A stretch of DNA of 64,000 bases, taken from an uncultured delta proteobacterium. GTDB lineage: Bacteria; Desulfobacterota; Binatia; UBA9968. This document shows positions 20,184 through 29,414 of this stretch, one piece after another. Numbering within the stretch: position 1 is the stretch's first letter; the number at the start of each line of letters is the position of its first letter. The stretch spans positions 11,618 through 75,617 of the forward strand of contig CAVYTU010000004.1 of NCBI GenBank assembly GCA_963771465.1. The letters are read 5' to 3'. The notes under the pieces were generated by a model. The model searched no databases, was not told the DNA's origin, and saw only the letters and a list, made by a program, of their open reading frames with translations. The position numbers were made by a program, and so were the translations under genes.

Positions 20184-20265
20184 ATGATCCTTAGAATTTT
20201 CCACGCCCTCTCGCCTAAATTACACTTCTGAATGCTTCAAGAGCCGGCTCACCCATGGCCGGCCT

Positions 20266-21123
20266 TCATGCCAAAACGATAGGCGCCGACTGACGTGACT
20301 TAACACCATCCAAACGCTTGGACTCAAAAAGAACACTTGCGATCAATTCGCGTTTGCCTTGCCGCTCGGAAAACTTTGCGCCCAAATAGTTTTTGACGAA
20401 AACCAATTTTTCGACCCGGCGCAAAGAGCGGCCGAAGGTACGATTCAACTGCACCAGATTCTTGATTCGCCGGGCAGGACTTAAACTTTTGTAACGCCTC
20501 ACACCTTCCAAATCGAGTAGAAAAAGCCGCAGCGGCCTATTCGAATGATCGGCGACGGCAAGAATATTTGAGTCCTTAAGATCGTTATGGTAAATATCCT
20601 GGGCATGCACCGCCGCGAATAAACCCGCCAATCCATCCAGGAAACGCCGGCGCGACACGCGTCCCTCCCGACCTACCACATTCGTCAGTTCGTCGCGCCA
20701 ATACGCGTCGATGGTTTTACCGCCGACGATTTCCTCTGAAAGAAAAAAACTTTTGATCAACGCGCCGCGTCGGCGATTTTCCACCGCCGCAATCGGTGTC
20801 GCAATGGGAATATCCGCGGCGCGCAAAATCGCCGCGCCTTCGAGCGCGCGAAACGCCCCGGAACGCATCAGCGGCGAAACTAATTTGTAGCGCAACGAGA
20901 ACGCATTGTATCGCTTGATATAGAGAGAATGAGCCGCGCCGGCGACTTGGAGTTTTATTCGGCCGACCTTGATTTTTTTCTGGTCTTTGACGACCGAAGA
21001 ACACGGCTCGGCAAACAACGTATCGGCGTCGGCTAAACGTTGGACGAAGTGTTTGTCGGCGAAGCGCCGATCGATCCAGATCGCAGCACTGCCGACATTA
21101 TGCAGGATGAAATCAGGAAACAT
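20266..21123 (-). CDS. Lipopolysaccharide kinase (Kdo/WaaP/InaA family)
   Basis: YIKRY, catalytic HNDLKDSNIL, LLDLE, RIKNLVQLN. Start ATG 21123. Confidence 0.85.
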   Translation of the reverse strand: MFPDFILHNVGSAAIWIDRRFADKHFVQRLADADTLFAEPCSSVVKDQKKIKVGRIKLQVAGAAHSLYIKRYNAFSLRYKLVSPLMRSGAFRALEGAAILRAADIPIATPIAAVENRRRGALIKSFFLSEEIVGGKTIDAYWRDELTNVVGREGRVSRRRFLDGLAGLFAAVHAQDIYHNDLKDSNILAVADHSNRPLRLFLLDLEGVRRYKSLSPARRIKNLVQLNRTFGRSLRRVEKLVFVKNYLGAKFSERQGKRELIASVLFESKRLDGVKSRQSAPIVLA

Positions 21124-22267
21124 TGATTGTGCCCGGTATGCGACATGTCTCGCGCAAGAGCGAATCAAGTCGGCGAAAGTGTTCGTCCCATGAATAGTGT
21201 ACGGCAATCTCGCGCGCTTCCTGCTTGAGCGCGTCATCAGCGGATTGATTTACCAAATTTAGAAGTGTGCGCGCCAACTCATCGGCATCGTCGGGCCGGT
21301 CGATAATACCGCACGCCAATCGACCCTGGAGAACATCGGCGGCGCCAACCTGTGCGCTGACCAGGACGGGTAACCCGGAGGCGAGCGCTTCTAGGACCAC
21401 GTTGCCGAAAGCCTCTTGGAGTGCAGGCAAGGCAACGATATCGGCCGCGCCGTAATAATTCTCGATATCGTCCTGCCGCCCGGCAAAGATAATATTCCCG
21501 GGCGCGATCGAGGCGGCCCAGGACCGATAGCGCCCTATTCTCGCATCATTGCCAACGACGAGCAGACGGATTTCGGAGAACTGCGGTAGGCTCCACAATG
21601 GTATAAGCCGGTCCAGCCCCTTGCGGCGAAAACCGCTGCCGACAAACAAGACAACCCGCGCATCAAGTGGAATGTTCCAGCGCGCGCGCACCGACCTTCG
21701 CGATTCGGCACGTTTATCGGCGTTGAAACGCAAAGTGTCCACGCCATTATGGAGCACTTCGATGGCGGCGCCGTCTAGCCGATAATTCGCCATGATGTCG
21801 CGCTTCACTTCGGCCGACACCGCGATGATCTTTTTCAATCGCGCCGAAGCGAACTGGCGCCGTTCTAGCGCTAGGAGACTGCGATGATAAACGCTCGTCG
21901 CTTGCCACAAACGGCGGCGCGATCCACCAATCTGCCCGAGCCGTTTTAGAAAACCTCGGTGCGTGCCGCCGCCGCTTCGGAGCACATCGTTTTCGAGGGT
22001 TCGGCCAAAACTCAGCACGATGTCGCAACCGGACCGGCTGATGACCGCAGGGGCGTGAAGCGCAAAACTCCACATGCGAAGAGTTCGTCCAAACGGCAAC
22101 ACGCCAACGCGGTGCGCCGTGACCCCGACCGGCGCCGCCACGCCGTATTCGCTGCAAAATAAATGGACTTCATGTCCCAGATCGCGAAGCCCCTCAGCCG
22201 TTTGGTAGAGATCCCGTTCCGTTCCGCCCTTGAGATCAAGGCGTTTATGCGCCAGGGCGATTTTCAC
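21113..22267 (-). CDS. Glycosyltransferase family 4 (WaaG/RfaG-like)
   Basis: KGGTER, FVGSGFRRKGL, QEAFGNVVLEALASG. Start GTG 22267. Confidence 0.88.
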   Translation of the reverse strand: MKIALAHKRLDLKGGTERDLYQTAEGLRDLGHEVHLFCSEYGVAAPVGVTAHRVGVLPFGRTLRMWSFALHAPAVISRSGCDIVLSFGRTLENDVLRSGGGTHRGFLKRLGQIGGSRRRLWQATSVYHRSLLALERRQFASARLKKIIAVSAEVKRDIMANYRLDGAAIEVLHNGVDTLRFNADKRAESRRSVRARWNIPLDARVVLFVGSGFRRKGLDRLIPLWSLPQFSEIRLLVVGNDARIGRYRSWAASIAPGNIIFAGRQDDIENYYGAADIVALPALQEAFGNVVLEALASGLPVLVSAQVGAADVLQGRLACGIIDRPDDADELARTLLNLVNQSADDALKQEAREIAVHYSWDEHFRRLDSLLRETCRIPGTINVS

Positions 22268-22981
22268 ATCTGCGGGCTTTAATGACGATATTATCCGAGA
22301 GCAATAAGGCTGGATCGAACAGATAGGAAAGAATCTGCCAATTGTAGCCCCGCTGCACAGGGTCCTTCTCGGCATGAATCACGGCGACCAGACTCAAGGG
22401 CCACATGAACGGCGAAAACAAAACCATAAAAACCCACGTCGCGAACTTGACTCTGGTTCTCTTCAGTTCGACAACTTCAAAGCCATAGTGAAACAGCAAA
22501 TAATAAAGCTCGTAACAATGCAGCAAATAAATATCCGGCGCCTGGCCCCGCTTGCTCGTCTAATGCGCCGGACGCACCCGGCCGCGAAGAAATCCGGTAA
22601 ATAAAAAACGCATCCGCGACATCATGTTGAGAATATTCGGCGTGCTGATCAATAAGACGCCGTTCGGTTTGAGCACGCAGGCGACTTCGCGGTTGGCTCC
22701 CGCTGATTTTCGCTTTGCTCGATCACCTCGACAAGATCGACGCCGTCGAAGCTCGCCGAGCGAAACAGCAGACCAGTATTGAGATCGACGCCCGCCACGC
22801 GCCGGTCGCCGGCCATAGCTGCCGGCACACCGTAGTCCGTGGCGACGATATGATAACCCGGTTTAGCGAGCATCGCCGCCGAACCACCAGCGCCGCAGCT
22901 GAGATCCAAGATTTGTTTTGCCGCGCGCCGCTTCGCATGACCACGAGACCGCACAGAGTCAAACATTGAGTTGTTCGACAT
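22245..22981 (-). pseudogene. Class I SAM-dependent methyltransferase, disrupted
   Basis: ILDLSCGAG..SFDGV..VEVIE, frameshift near 22690, then VLKPNGVLLISTPNILNMMSRMRFLFTG..PAH* (TAG 22560-22562), continuing in frame as YLLFHYGF..VIKAR. Confidence 0.85.
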
Positions 22982-23023
22982 GAATGTAAGAATTAATTCT
23001 TCCGAGGGATTTCGCCATTTATT

Positions 23024-23884
23024 TCAGCGGGCTGCTTGGGGAAACCACTGCATGAGCTTACGAAAGTTCATATTCGGATCGGCGCCGTCGACTTCCTGGC
23101 GTCGAATTCTAGTTTTGACCTCTAGCCAGCGGGCCAATTGCCAACCGCGCGCCGACAAAATTTCTTCATCGAGATATGCGTGCAGAAAACGCATCCGGTC
23201 TTGGAGTGAAATACCGGGCAGCGGCAGGCGATTAAGCTGAACTAGGTTGCGCTTCCGCAGGGATTGCCCAAACCACGACGGATAGCGCCGCGTCCGATCG
23301 TTATCCATAAAGTAAAATTTTACCTCGTCGCTATTTTCTGCAGATACGAAAATATTCGACGCCAGCAAGTCGCCGTGGACAAATCCGAGTTGGTGAAAAC
23401 GCCGAACTAGCTGCGCCAGCCTTCTCACGCTTTGCCATTTGCGGAGCGGATTCACCACTTCGACGCCTTTGTTGCAATCCAAGAAGACAGGCATCGGCAC
23501 GCCGGCAATGTTTTCGCTTACGACAAATTCACGTTTGGCAATGCGCAACCTGCCGGCGCTGCCGACGGCAATCGTCAAGGGAACGTCAAACCCTGCTTCG
23601 CTAAGGGCAATTCCTTGGCGCCAAAAACATTGTGCCGGGCTGCGCCGTAGCCTATCCTTTACTAGCGCTGACACATGGCGCCGGTGAAAGATTTTTATGA
23701 AGAACTGTCGCGTAACGCCGTCTATTTCGCTCAAAAGCGAAATTGTTTGCGGATGTCGTGCGACAGTTTGGGCACGGACGACGAGCAAGACTTGTTCTTG
23801 CAGAGCACGAGTCCAGTGGTCGGGAAGCGCGCGCAAGCGCCAGCCATCGGCGACGTAGCTGCGATAGTCAGCTAAGGTGACCAC
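23024..23884 (-). CDS. Lipopolysaccharide kinase (Kdo/WaaP/InaA family)
   Basis: FIKIF, FVHGDLLASNIF, FMDNDRT, RNLVQLN, DRMRFL..Y. Confidence 0.83.
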   Translation of the reverse strand: MVTLADYRSYVADGWRLRALPDHWTRALQEQVLLVVRAQTVARHPQTISLLSEIDGVTRQFFIKIFHRRHVSALVKDRLRRSPAQCFWRQGIALSEAGFDVPLTIAVGSAGRLRIAKREFVVSENIAGVPMPVFLDCNKGVEVVNPLRKWQSVRRLAQLVRRFHQLGFVHGDLLASNIFVSAENSDEVKFYFMDNDRTRRYPSWFGQSLRKRNLVQLNRLPLPGISLQDRMRFLHAYLDEEILSARGWQLARWLEVKTRIRRQEVDGADPNMNFRKLMQWFPQAAR

Positions 23885-23886
23885 TG

Positions 23887-24930
23887 CTAGTTTGCGCGCG
23901 ACTCATATTTAAGCGCCGCTGCGATCATTGAGGTAATTTGATTATTATCGATCGACTTCATGCATATCCGGCCGATCGCGCACTGACGCTTATAACAAGG
24001 CACGCACGGCGCCTGGCCGTGAATCACCAGATCAGCGAAGCCGTAGGGGCCAGTGCGATCGGGATCGGTAGCGCCCCATAAGGAGATCACCGGCGTGCCC
24101 ACCGCAGCGGCGATATGCATCAAGCCGGTATCGGGACCCACAGCGAGCTTTGCACGCTGAATAATTCCGATCGCTTCGCGGAGCGAAGTTTTGCCGGTTA
24201 GATTGGCAACTCTATTCTTGGTTAGGATGGATGCCGACTGGGCCAATTCCTGATCGTCCTTGCTACCGAGCAAGACAACGTCCAGTGAAAACTCAGCGCT
24301 CAGAGTATCCGCGCAGGCGGCGATTTGCTCCGCAAACCACAACTTACTATTCCACCGGGCGCCGACGAAAAGCACGGCGAATGCGGGCCTGATCCGACCG
24401 AGAATAAGTTCCACTGCGCGCACTTCGTCAGCGCTAAGCGAAAACGACCACTCTAGCGGCGCAGTTGGCAGGCCCAGATATTCGGCAAATTTGAGATAAT
24501 GCTGGAGTTTGGGAATCCGATCACCAAATCGGTCGATGGAAAGATTATTGAACAGCCAATTGCCTTCTTTACTGTCGGCGCGGTGAAAGCCGATGCGTCG
24601 CGCCGCCCCACTCGACCAACTGACGATGCCGCTCTTTAGATGGCGCTGCAAATCGAGGACTAGATCGAACCCTTGGGCACGAACCTCGGCGAGAAACCGT
24701 CGGAAGGATTGGCGCCACGCGCTTCGATCAAAAAGTAGAATCCGATCGATGGCCGGGTTGCCTTGCAACAATGGATAGGACGCCGGCTCTACCGACCAGG
24801 CCAGAAATGCTTCAGGAAATCCCTTGCGTAAGAGACTCGCCAGAGGCAAGGCACGGGTAACGTCGCCGATGGAACCGTGCAGCACAATGAGAATTCTCTT
24901 CGGCTCGAACTTAGCCGTGGGCGGTTTCAT
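23887..24930 (-). CDS. Glycosyltransferase family 9 (LPS heptosyltransferase)
   Basis: GSIGDV, VLDLQ, KLW, GPDTGLMHIAAAVG..LWGATDP.RTGPY. Confidence 0.9.
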   Translation of the reverse strand: MKPPTAKFEPKRILIVLHGSIGDVTRALPLASLLRKGFPEAFLAWSVEPASYPLLQGNPAIDRILLFDRSAWRQSFRRFLAEVRAQGFDLVLDLQRHLKSGIVSWSSGAARRIGFHRADSKEGNWLFNNLSIDRFGDRIPKLQHYLKFAEYLGLPTAPLEWSFSLSADEVRAVELILGRIRPAFAVLFVGARWNSKLWFAEQIAACADTLSAEFSLDVVLLGSKDDQELAQSASILTKNRVANLTGKTSLREAIGIIQRAKLAVGPDTGLMHIAAAVGTPVISLWGATDPDRTGPYGFADLVIHGQAPCVPCYKRQCAIGRICMKSIDNNQITSMIAAALKYESRAN

Positions 24931-25684
24931 AGTAGAAGTTGCGAAACTGTTCCCAGGCCGAGGCCGAAAAGTATTTGCGCTCGGGATCGAGCTTCCGAAT
25001 CGAGCGCAAAAGCCGGTCGAGATTTTTCTTAGCCAATTCGGTGGGCAGTTTGCCTAATACCAACTTGGCTTTGTCGAAATCGATGATATAGGCGGCAACG
25101 CCATCGACTTCCATCCGCACGAGGATATTTTTCAAATTGAGATCGCTATGGTAAATACCTTCCCGGTGCATGGCGCGGACGCTCATCGCTACCGCCTGTA
25201 AAGTCGCTTGGAGACCGGCACGTTGGATAAAATCGCTTTGTAGCGCCGACCAAAGGTCCGCTGACCCCCTAAGCTCCCGGGTCACTAGCCAGCCGCGGTA
25301 AAACGGCCCCACACCGCGGCTGACGCAGGCCGCATAAATCTCCACCGTACGCACTCCCCGCCGGCGCAACTCTTCGGTGATACTCAGCTCGCGAAACGGC
25401 CGGGGCGGCCAGGTAAAAAACCACGGTCCGGTGAAACCGCGCAGCAGACCTCCGTGCTGATACGGCCGGATCAAAGCGGTCTCGCCGTCGGATAACGGAA
25501 TAGCCCGCAGGGCCGCGCGGCCGCGATAACGGGGCGCCGGGTTGGGCTCGCTATCGCCGCACCATTTGTTGAAATCGATCTCGCCGGCGCAATCTTGGCG
25601 CACCACCATGCGATTACCGTTGCCGTCCGAAACCTTTTTGAAGTTCGCCGGGAACACGCCCCAGCGCAAATCCTCGGAAATCAT
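24911..25684 (-). CDS. kdkA: 3-deoxy-D-manno-octulosonic acid (Kdo) kinase-like
   Basis: GRAA, RPYQHGGLL, RPFREL, YHSDLNLKNIL, IIDFDKA, NLDRLLRS. Confidence 0.8.
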   Translation of the reverse strand: MISEDLRWGVFPANFKKVSDGNGNRMVVRQDCAGEIDFNKWCGDSEPNPAPRYRGRAALRAIPLSDGETALIRPYQHGGLLRGFTGPWFFTWPPRPFRELSITEELRRRGVRTVEIYAACVSRGVGPFYRGWLVTRELRGSADLWSALQSDFIQRAGLQATLQAVAMSVRAMHREGIYHSDLNLKNILVRMEVDGVAAYIIDFDKAKLVLGKLPTELAKKNLDRLLRSIRKLDPERKYFSASAWEQFRNFYYETAHG

Positions 25685-25727
25685 TGCTCAGTGAATATCC
25701 GCTCGCGCCAATGCGTTAAGCACATGG

Positions 25728-26834
25728 CTACACGGAAACGAAAGCCGGTAGAAACCGGGTCACAGGCGCGTCACTGTTATGCAGCGTACGCTGAAAAATT
25801 GTTTCGACCGCTCGGAATACCGTTTCAGGTTCGATCAAACGAATGCAAGCTTCGCTGGCCAACGGACAGCGCCGGCCGCCATGCGCCGTACAAGGCCGGC
25901 AAGCCAACTGTTTCTCCACCACCATAGCGTGCTCGCTATACGGATAAAATCCCAGAGCCGGCGTCGTGGCGCAAAAGATCGCCACAGTCGGCACTCGACG
26001 CGCTACCGCGATATGCATTGGACCACTATCGTTAGTGACAAATACCTTGCACCGGCCGATCGCCGCCGGCAACTGGCGCAAGCTAATATGCCCGACTAAG
26101 CTCGTTGCCGCGCCCCGACAGCGCTCGACGATTGACTTGACGACCGCCGCATCGTCAGCGCCGCCGAAAAGCACGACTTGGCATTGCAAATTTTGCCGGA
26201 GCATGGAAATGAGCCGGGCGAAACCATCGGCGGACCAGCGTTTGGTCGGCCACACCGAGCCGGGATTGATGCCAACGAGCGGCTTGTCAGCCAATATACC
26301 CAATGCGTCAAACAGCTCGTCCACTTGAACTTGGACATCGGCACGCACCGGCAAGACGATCTCACGCTCACACTGTTCGGGCCGGACATCGAACGCTTCA
26401 AGAATCGAAAGATTACGCTCGACATCATGACGCGTGGCGTCGCGCAAGGCGCGTTGGTTAAACAGAAACCAGCCGCGGCTCTGACGAAACCCGACGCGTG
26501 TCGGAATACCGGCGAGATAGAGCATCAAAGCGCTGCGTAATGATTTATGCGGCGTCAGCGCCAGAGTAAATTTCCTAGTTGAAAGCGCCGCCGCTTTGGC
26601 GCGCAGTCCGCGCCAGCCGCGATCGGCGTTTTTTTTATCATCGATGATGATTTCATCGATGGCCGGGTGATCTTGCAAAAGCTCCCGGCTCATGGGCTGG
26701 CAAATCACGGTCAATCGGTCAACTGGAAAGCGCCGGCGCACCTCGGCGATGAGCGGCAAGGTCAATACCGTGTCGCCGAGAAAACTAGTCTGCAGAATCA
26801 ACAGGTTTTGCCAGCTTGGCGCGGCCATCGGCAT
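25728..26834 (-). CDS. waaF: LPS heptosyltransferase II-like (GT9)
   Basis: QTSFLGDTVL, HKSLRSA, NPGSVWPTKRW, TNDSGPMHIA. Start ATG 26834. Confidence 0.8.
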   Translation of the reverse strand: MPMAAPSWQNLLILQTSFLGDTVLTLPLIAEVRRRFPVDRLTVICQPMSRELLQDHPAIDEIIIDDKKNADRGWRGLRAKAAALSTRKFTLALTPHKSLRSALMLYLAGIPTRVGFRQSRGWFLFNQRALRDATRHDVERNLSILEAFDVRPEQCEREIVLPVRADVQVQVDELFDALGILADKPLVGINPGSVWPTKRWSADGFARLISMLRQNLQCQVVLFGGADDAAVVKSIVERCRGAATSLVGHISLRQLPAAIGRCKVFVTNDSGPMHIAVARRVPTVAIFCATTPALGFYPYSEHAMVVEKQLACRPCTAHGGRRCPLASEACIRLIEPETVFRAVETIFQRTLHNSDAPVTRFLPAFVSV

Positions 26835-27001
26835 TACAGCTGGGTCGCCTCGTCGATCAGCATGACCGGAATATCGTCCTTGATCGGATAAAGCAGCCGG
26901 CAGGCGTCGCAAATCAGTCCGTCATTGCTTGGGTTTAGATGAATATCTCCCTTACACTTCGGACAAGCCAAGATATCCAAGAGATCTTTGCTAATTGCCA
27001 T
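26834..27001 (-). CDS. Trm112/YcaR family protein
   Basis: LLDILACPKCKG..LICDAC..YPIKDDIPVMLIDEA. AAGGAGGA ribosome-binding site. Confidence 0.92.
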   Translation of the reverse strand: MAISKDLLDILACPKCKGDIHLNPSNDGLICDACRLLYPIKDDIPVMLIDEATQL

Positions 27002-27041
27002 TGAAATCCTCCTTGAGAAACTCGCCGCACAAACTCCAATA

Positions 27042-27902
27042 TCAATGCTGGAAAGGTATGAGCGCATCCCAGCCGCGGTGGTAAACGCGCTGGCTTTGGG
27101 CCGCATCGCGGTTGACGAACGGACGATGATACATCGGATGACGTAGGCTCCGCACTTCATGTTCCAACGTAAATTGCTTGTGACCATTCTCCGGATCGAC
27201 GATGTCTTTGAAGCGAAACTGATGATTGCGCACGTCCTCGGAAATCAAGCTGCGGCTCTGCAGAAAACCATACGGATTGGAAAAGTTGGCCACGTAAATG
27301 GCGATATGGTGGCCGTCATACGGCGTCAGAGTTTTCTCCGTCTCGCGAAAAACCAACGATTGGTGTCGGCCAATTTTTACCCGGCCAAAACTGCCTTGGG
27401 GATCCTTTTCAGCCACCACCGGCGCGCCTAAAACAGTCTGATAGAATCTGAGAATGCCGGCCAGGGCACCCGTTGGAACAAAAAATTCGACGTAAGGCAT
27501 GCCGAGTGTCATGTCACCGAAAGTTGCGTGACTGGCATGACAACGATAGCGGTTGCCCCACGGACAGGTAACCAGCAAGTGATCGCCATTGCGCTCGCAG
27601 GAAAACTTCGTACCCTGCAATCCTTCCGCCACCGCCGCAAGCCGTTTCTCCAGCGCGTTCAAATCGGGCACGACCAGGCCGATGTAGCCGTCGATCACCT
27701 GGGGCGGCCGCGTCGGCAAATGAAACTGTTGCTCGCCGACGTTGACCCACATGTTGTTTAAGCCGACGTTTAGATAAGGATCGCGGGTGCCGCCCATGCC
27801 GACGACATAAAACAGCGTCGCCAACGCTTGGTCGGAAATCTGCACGTTCACATGCTCGAGAGAAATGATATTACCAACGTCTTCTTCACTGTAATCCGTC
27901 AT
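27042..27902 (-). CDS. Hypothetical protein with glyoxalase/VOC-like fold
   Basis: LEHVNV..D...ATLFY, QFHLP, CPWGN, RFYQTVLG, HHIAIYV, DPENG, LEHE. This pattern resembles two VOC modules. Confidence 0.6.
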   Translation of the reverse strand: MTDYSEEDVGNIISLEHVNVQISDQALATLFYVVGMGGTRDPYLNVGLNNMWVNVGEQQFHLPTRPPQVIDGYIGLVVPDLNALEKRLAAVAEGLQGTKFSCERNGDHLLVTCPWGNRYRCHASHATFGDMTLGMPYVEFFVPTGALAGILRFYQTVLGAPVVAEKDPQGSFGRVKIGRHQSLVFRETEKTLTPYDGHHIAIYVANFSNPYGFLQSRSLISEDVRNHQFRFKDIVDPENGHKQFTLEHEVRSLRHPMYHRPFVNRDAAQSQRVYHRGWDALIPFQH

Positions 27903-27968
27903 GTTTCACCTCGAAGTTTAGCCCGGCCAATTTTCACCTCGATTCGCTCGCGGCTCGGCGCCCACAAT

Positions 27969-28910
27969 TCAAGCTTTGAGCGAACAGATCCATTGCCACT
28001 CCGCCGCCAAACCCTGCTCCAAACCAACTTGTGGGTCATAGCCCAACTTGTTCCTCGCCTGCTCAAGCCGCGCGCTGGTGTGGCGCACGTCGCCGAGCTG
28101 GCGATCCAATCGTTTGAGCTTGGCCTGACGTCCGGAAACTTTCTCAACTAATCTGATCGCATCCAGTAGCGAAACCTCCGAGCCACCGCCGAGATTGAAA
28201 ATCTCGCCCTGGCCAGGATAAAGCGCGGCAGCGACGATACCGTCGACGATATCGGCGCAGTAGGTAAAATCGCGGGTTTGCTCGCCGTCGTCGTAAAGTG
28301 GCACTTCGTCGCCGCGCAGCAGTGCGCCCATGAGAATATGAAAGAACATATCAGGCCGTTGGCGCGGTCCATAGACAGTAAAGAATCGTAGCGCCACCGT
28401 CGGCACGCCGAAAGCCCTACAGTAGAGATGACAGAGATGTTCCGCGGCGAGCTTGGTTGCGCCGTAGGGTGACACCGGTCGGGTGCCGCCTTCCTCGCGC
28501 ATCGGCAGATCGTTCGTATCGCCGTACACCGATGAGGTCGACGCGTAGACGAATTTGCTGAGCGTGGCGCCCTTCGCCGCCTCGAGCAGCAGCTGGGTCG
28601 CCGCGATGTTATTTTCCGTGTACCGGCTAAACTCTTTGCCCCAGCTCGAGCGCACACCGGGTTGACCGGCGAGATGGAAGACGTAGGAAAGGCCGCTCAA
28701 TTGGGCCCGCAAGTCGAGTTCGAGCAGATTGCTTTCGATGAAAGTAAAATCGGCATGATCGATAAATCCCGCCAGATTCTGTTCTTTGAAACGGCGCGGG
28801 TAATTGTCGAGATAGCTGTCGACGCCGACGACTTGGTGTCCGGCCGCGAGAAGCTTCTCGGCCAAATGCGACCCGATAAATCCCGCAACCCCGGTGATCA
28901 GCGACTTCAT
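27969..28910 (-). CDS. NAD-dependent nucleotide-sugar epimerase (UDP-glucuronate 4-epimerase-like)
   Basis: TGVAGFIGS, HLAGQPGVR, ASTSSVYG, YGATK, LRFFTVYGPRQRPDM. Confidence 0.9.
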   Translation of the reverse strand: MKSLITGVAGFIGSHLAEKLLAAGHQVVGVDSYLDNYPRRFKEQNLAGFIDHADFTFIESNLLELDLRAQLSGLSYVFHLAGQPGVRSSWGKEFSRYTENNIAATQLLLEAAKGATLSKFVYASTSSVYGDTNDLPMREEGGTRPVSPYGATKLAAEHLCHLYCRAFGVPTVALRFFTVYGPRQRPDMFFHILMGALLRGDEVPLYDDGEQTRDFTYCADIVDGIVAAALYPGQGEIFNLGGGSEVSLLDAIRLVEKVSGRQAKLKRLDRQLGDVRHTSARLEQARNKLGYDPQVGLEQGLAAEWQWICSLKA

Positions 28911-29414
28911 GATTCCCTTGCTTCTAAGCGGCCGGCCCAGTTTGGCTGACGATCCATCGGGGCCGCCTGTAATAGATTATCGAGCGTCGGCTCTGCACCG
29001 GCGATGTCTGCGCTACCGACGGTCGTCGTTTGGCTAATCAACACACCCTGCGCGCCCACCCGCGCGGCAAGTTCCATGTCCCCAGCTTGATCACCGACGA
29101 GGTAAGAATTCTTCGGATTCAAGGGTCAGGTCCCGCGCGCGCGTTTTCTATGATCGCGGCATTGGGTTTGCGGCAGGCGCAGGCGACTTTGTAAGCGCCG
29201 ATAGCAGCCGTCGGATGATGCGGACAGTAGTAGATCGCGTCCAACTCGGCGCCGTCGGCGCGAAGCGTTTCGCTGAGTAGCCGATGAATCTCACGCAATC
29301 CCGCCTCGGTTAATTTTCCGGCCCCATCTGCTCGACTCGACACAGATAGTGAACATCGCGAATCAAGACCCCATCGCGGTCAAGAAATACCGCCGCGCCC
29401 GGCGCCGCTGTCAC
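28907..29414 (-). pseudogene. gmhB: D-glycero-D-manno-heptose 1,7-bisphosphate phosphatase, disrupted
   Basis: AVFLDRDGVL (HAD motif I), then a stop at 29310-29312. The TNQSG motif region is absent. IYYCPHHP..CACRKP and SYLVGD..DM sit in other frames. Confidence 0.88.
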
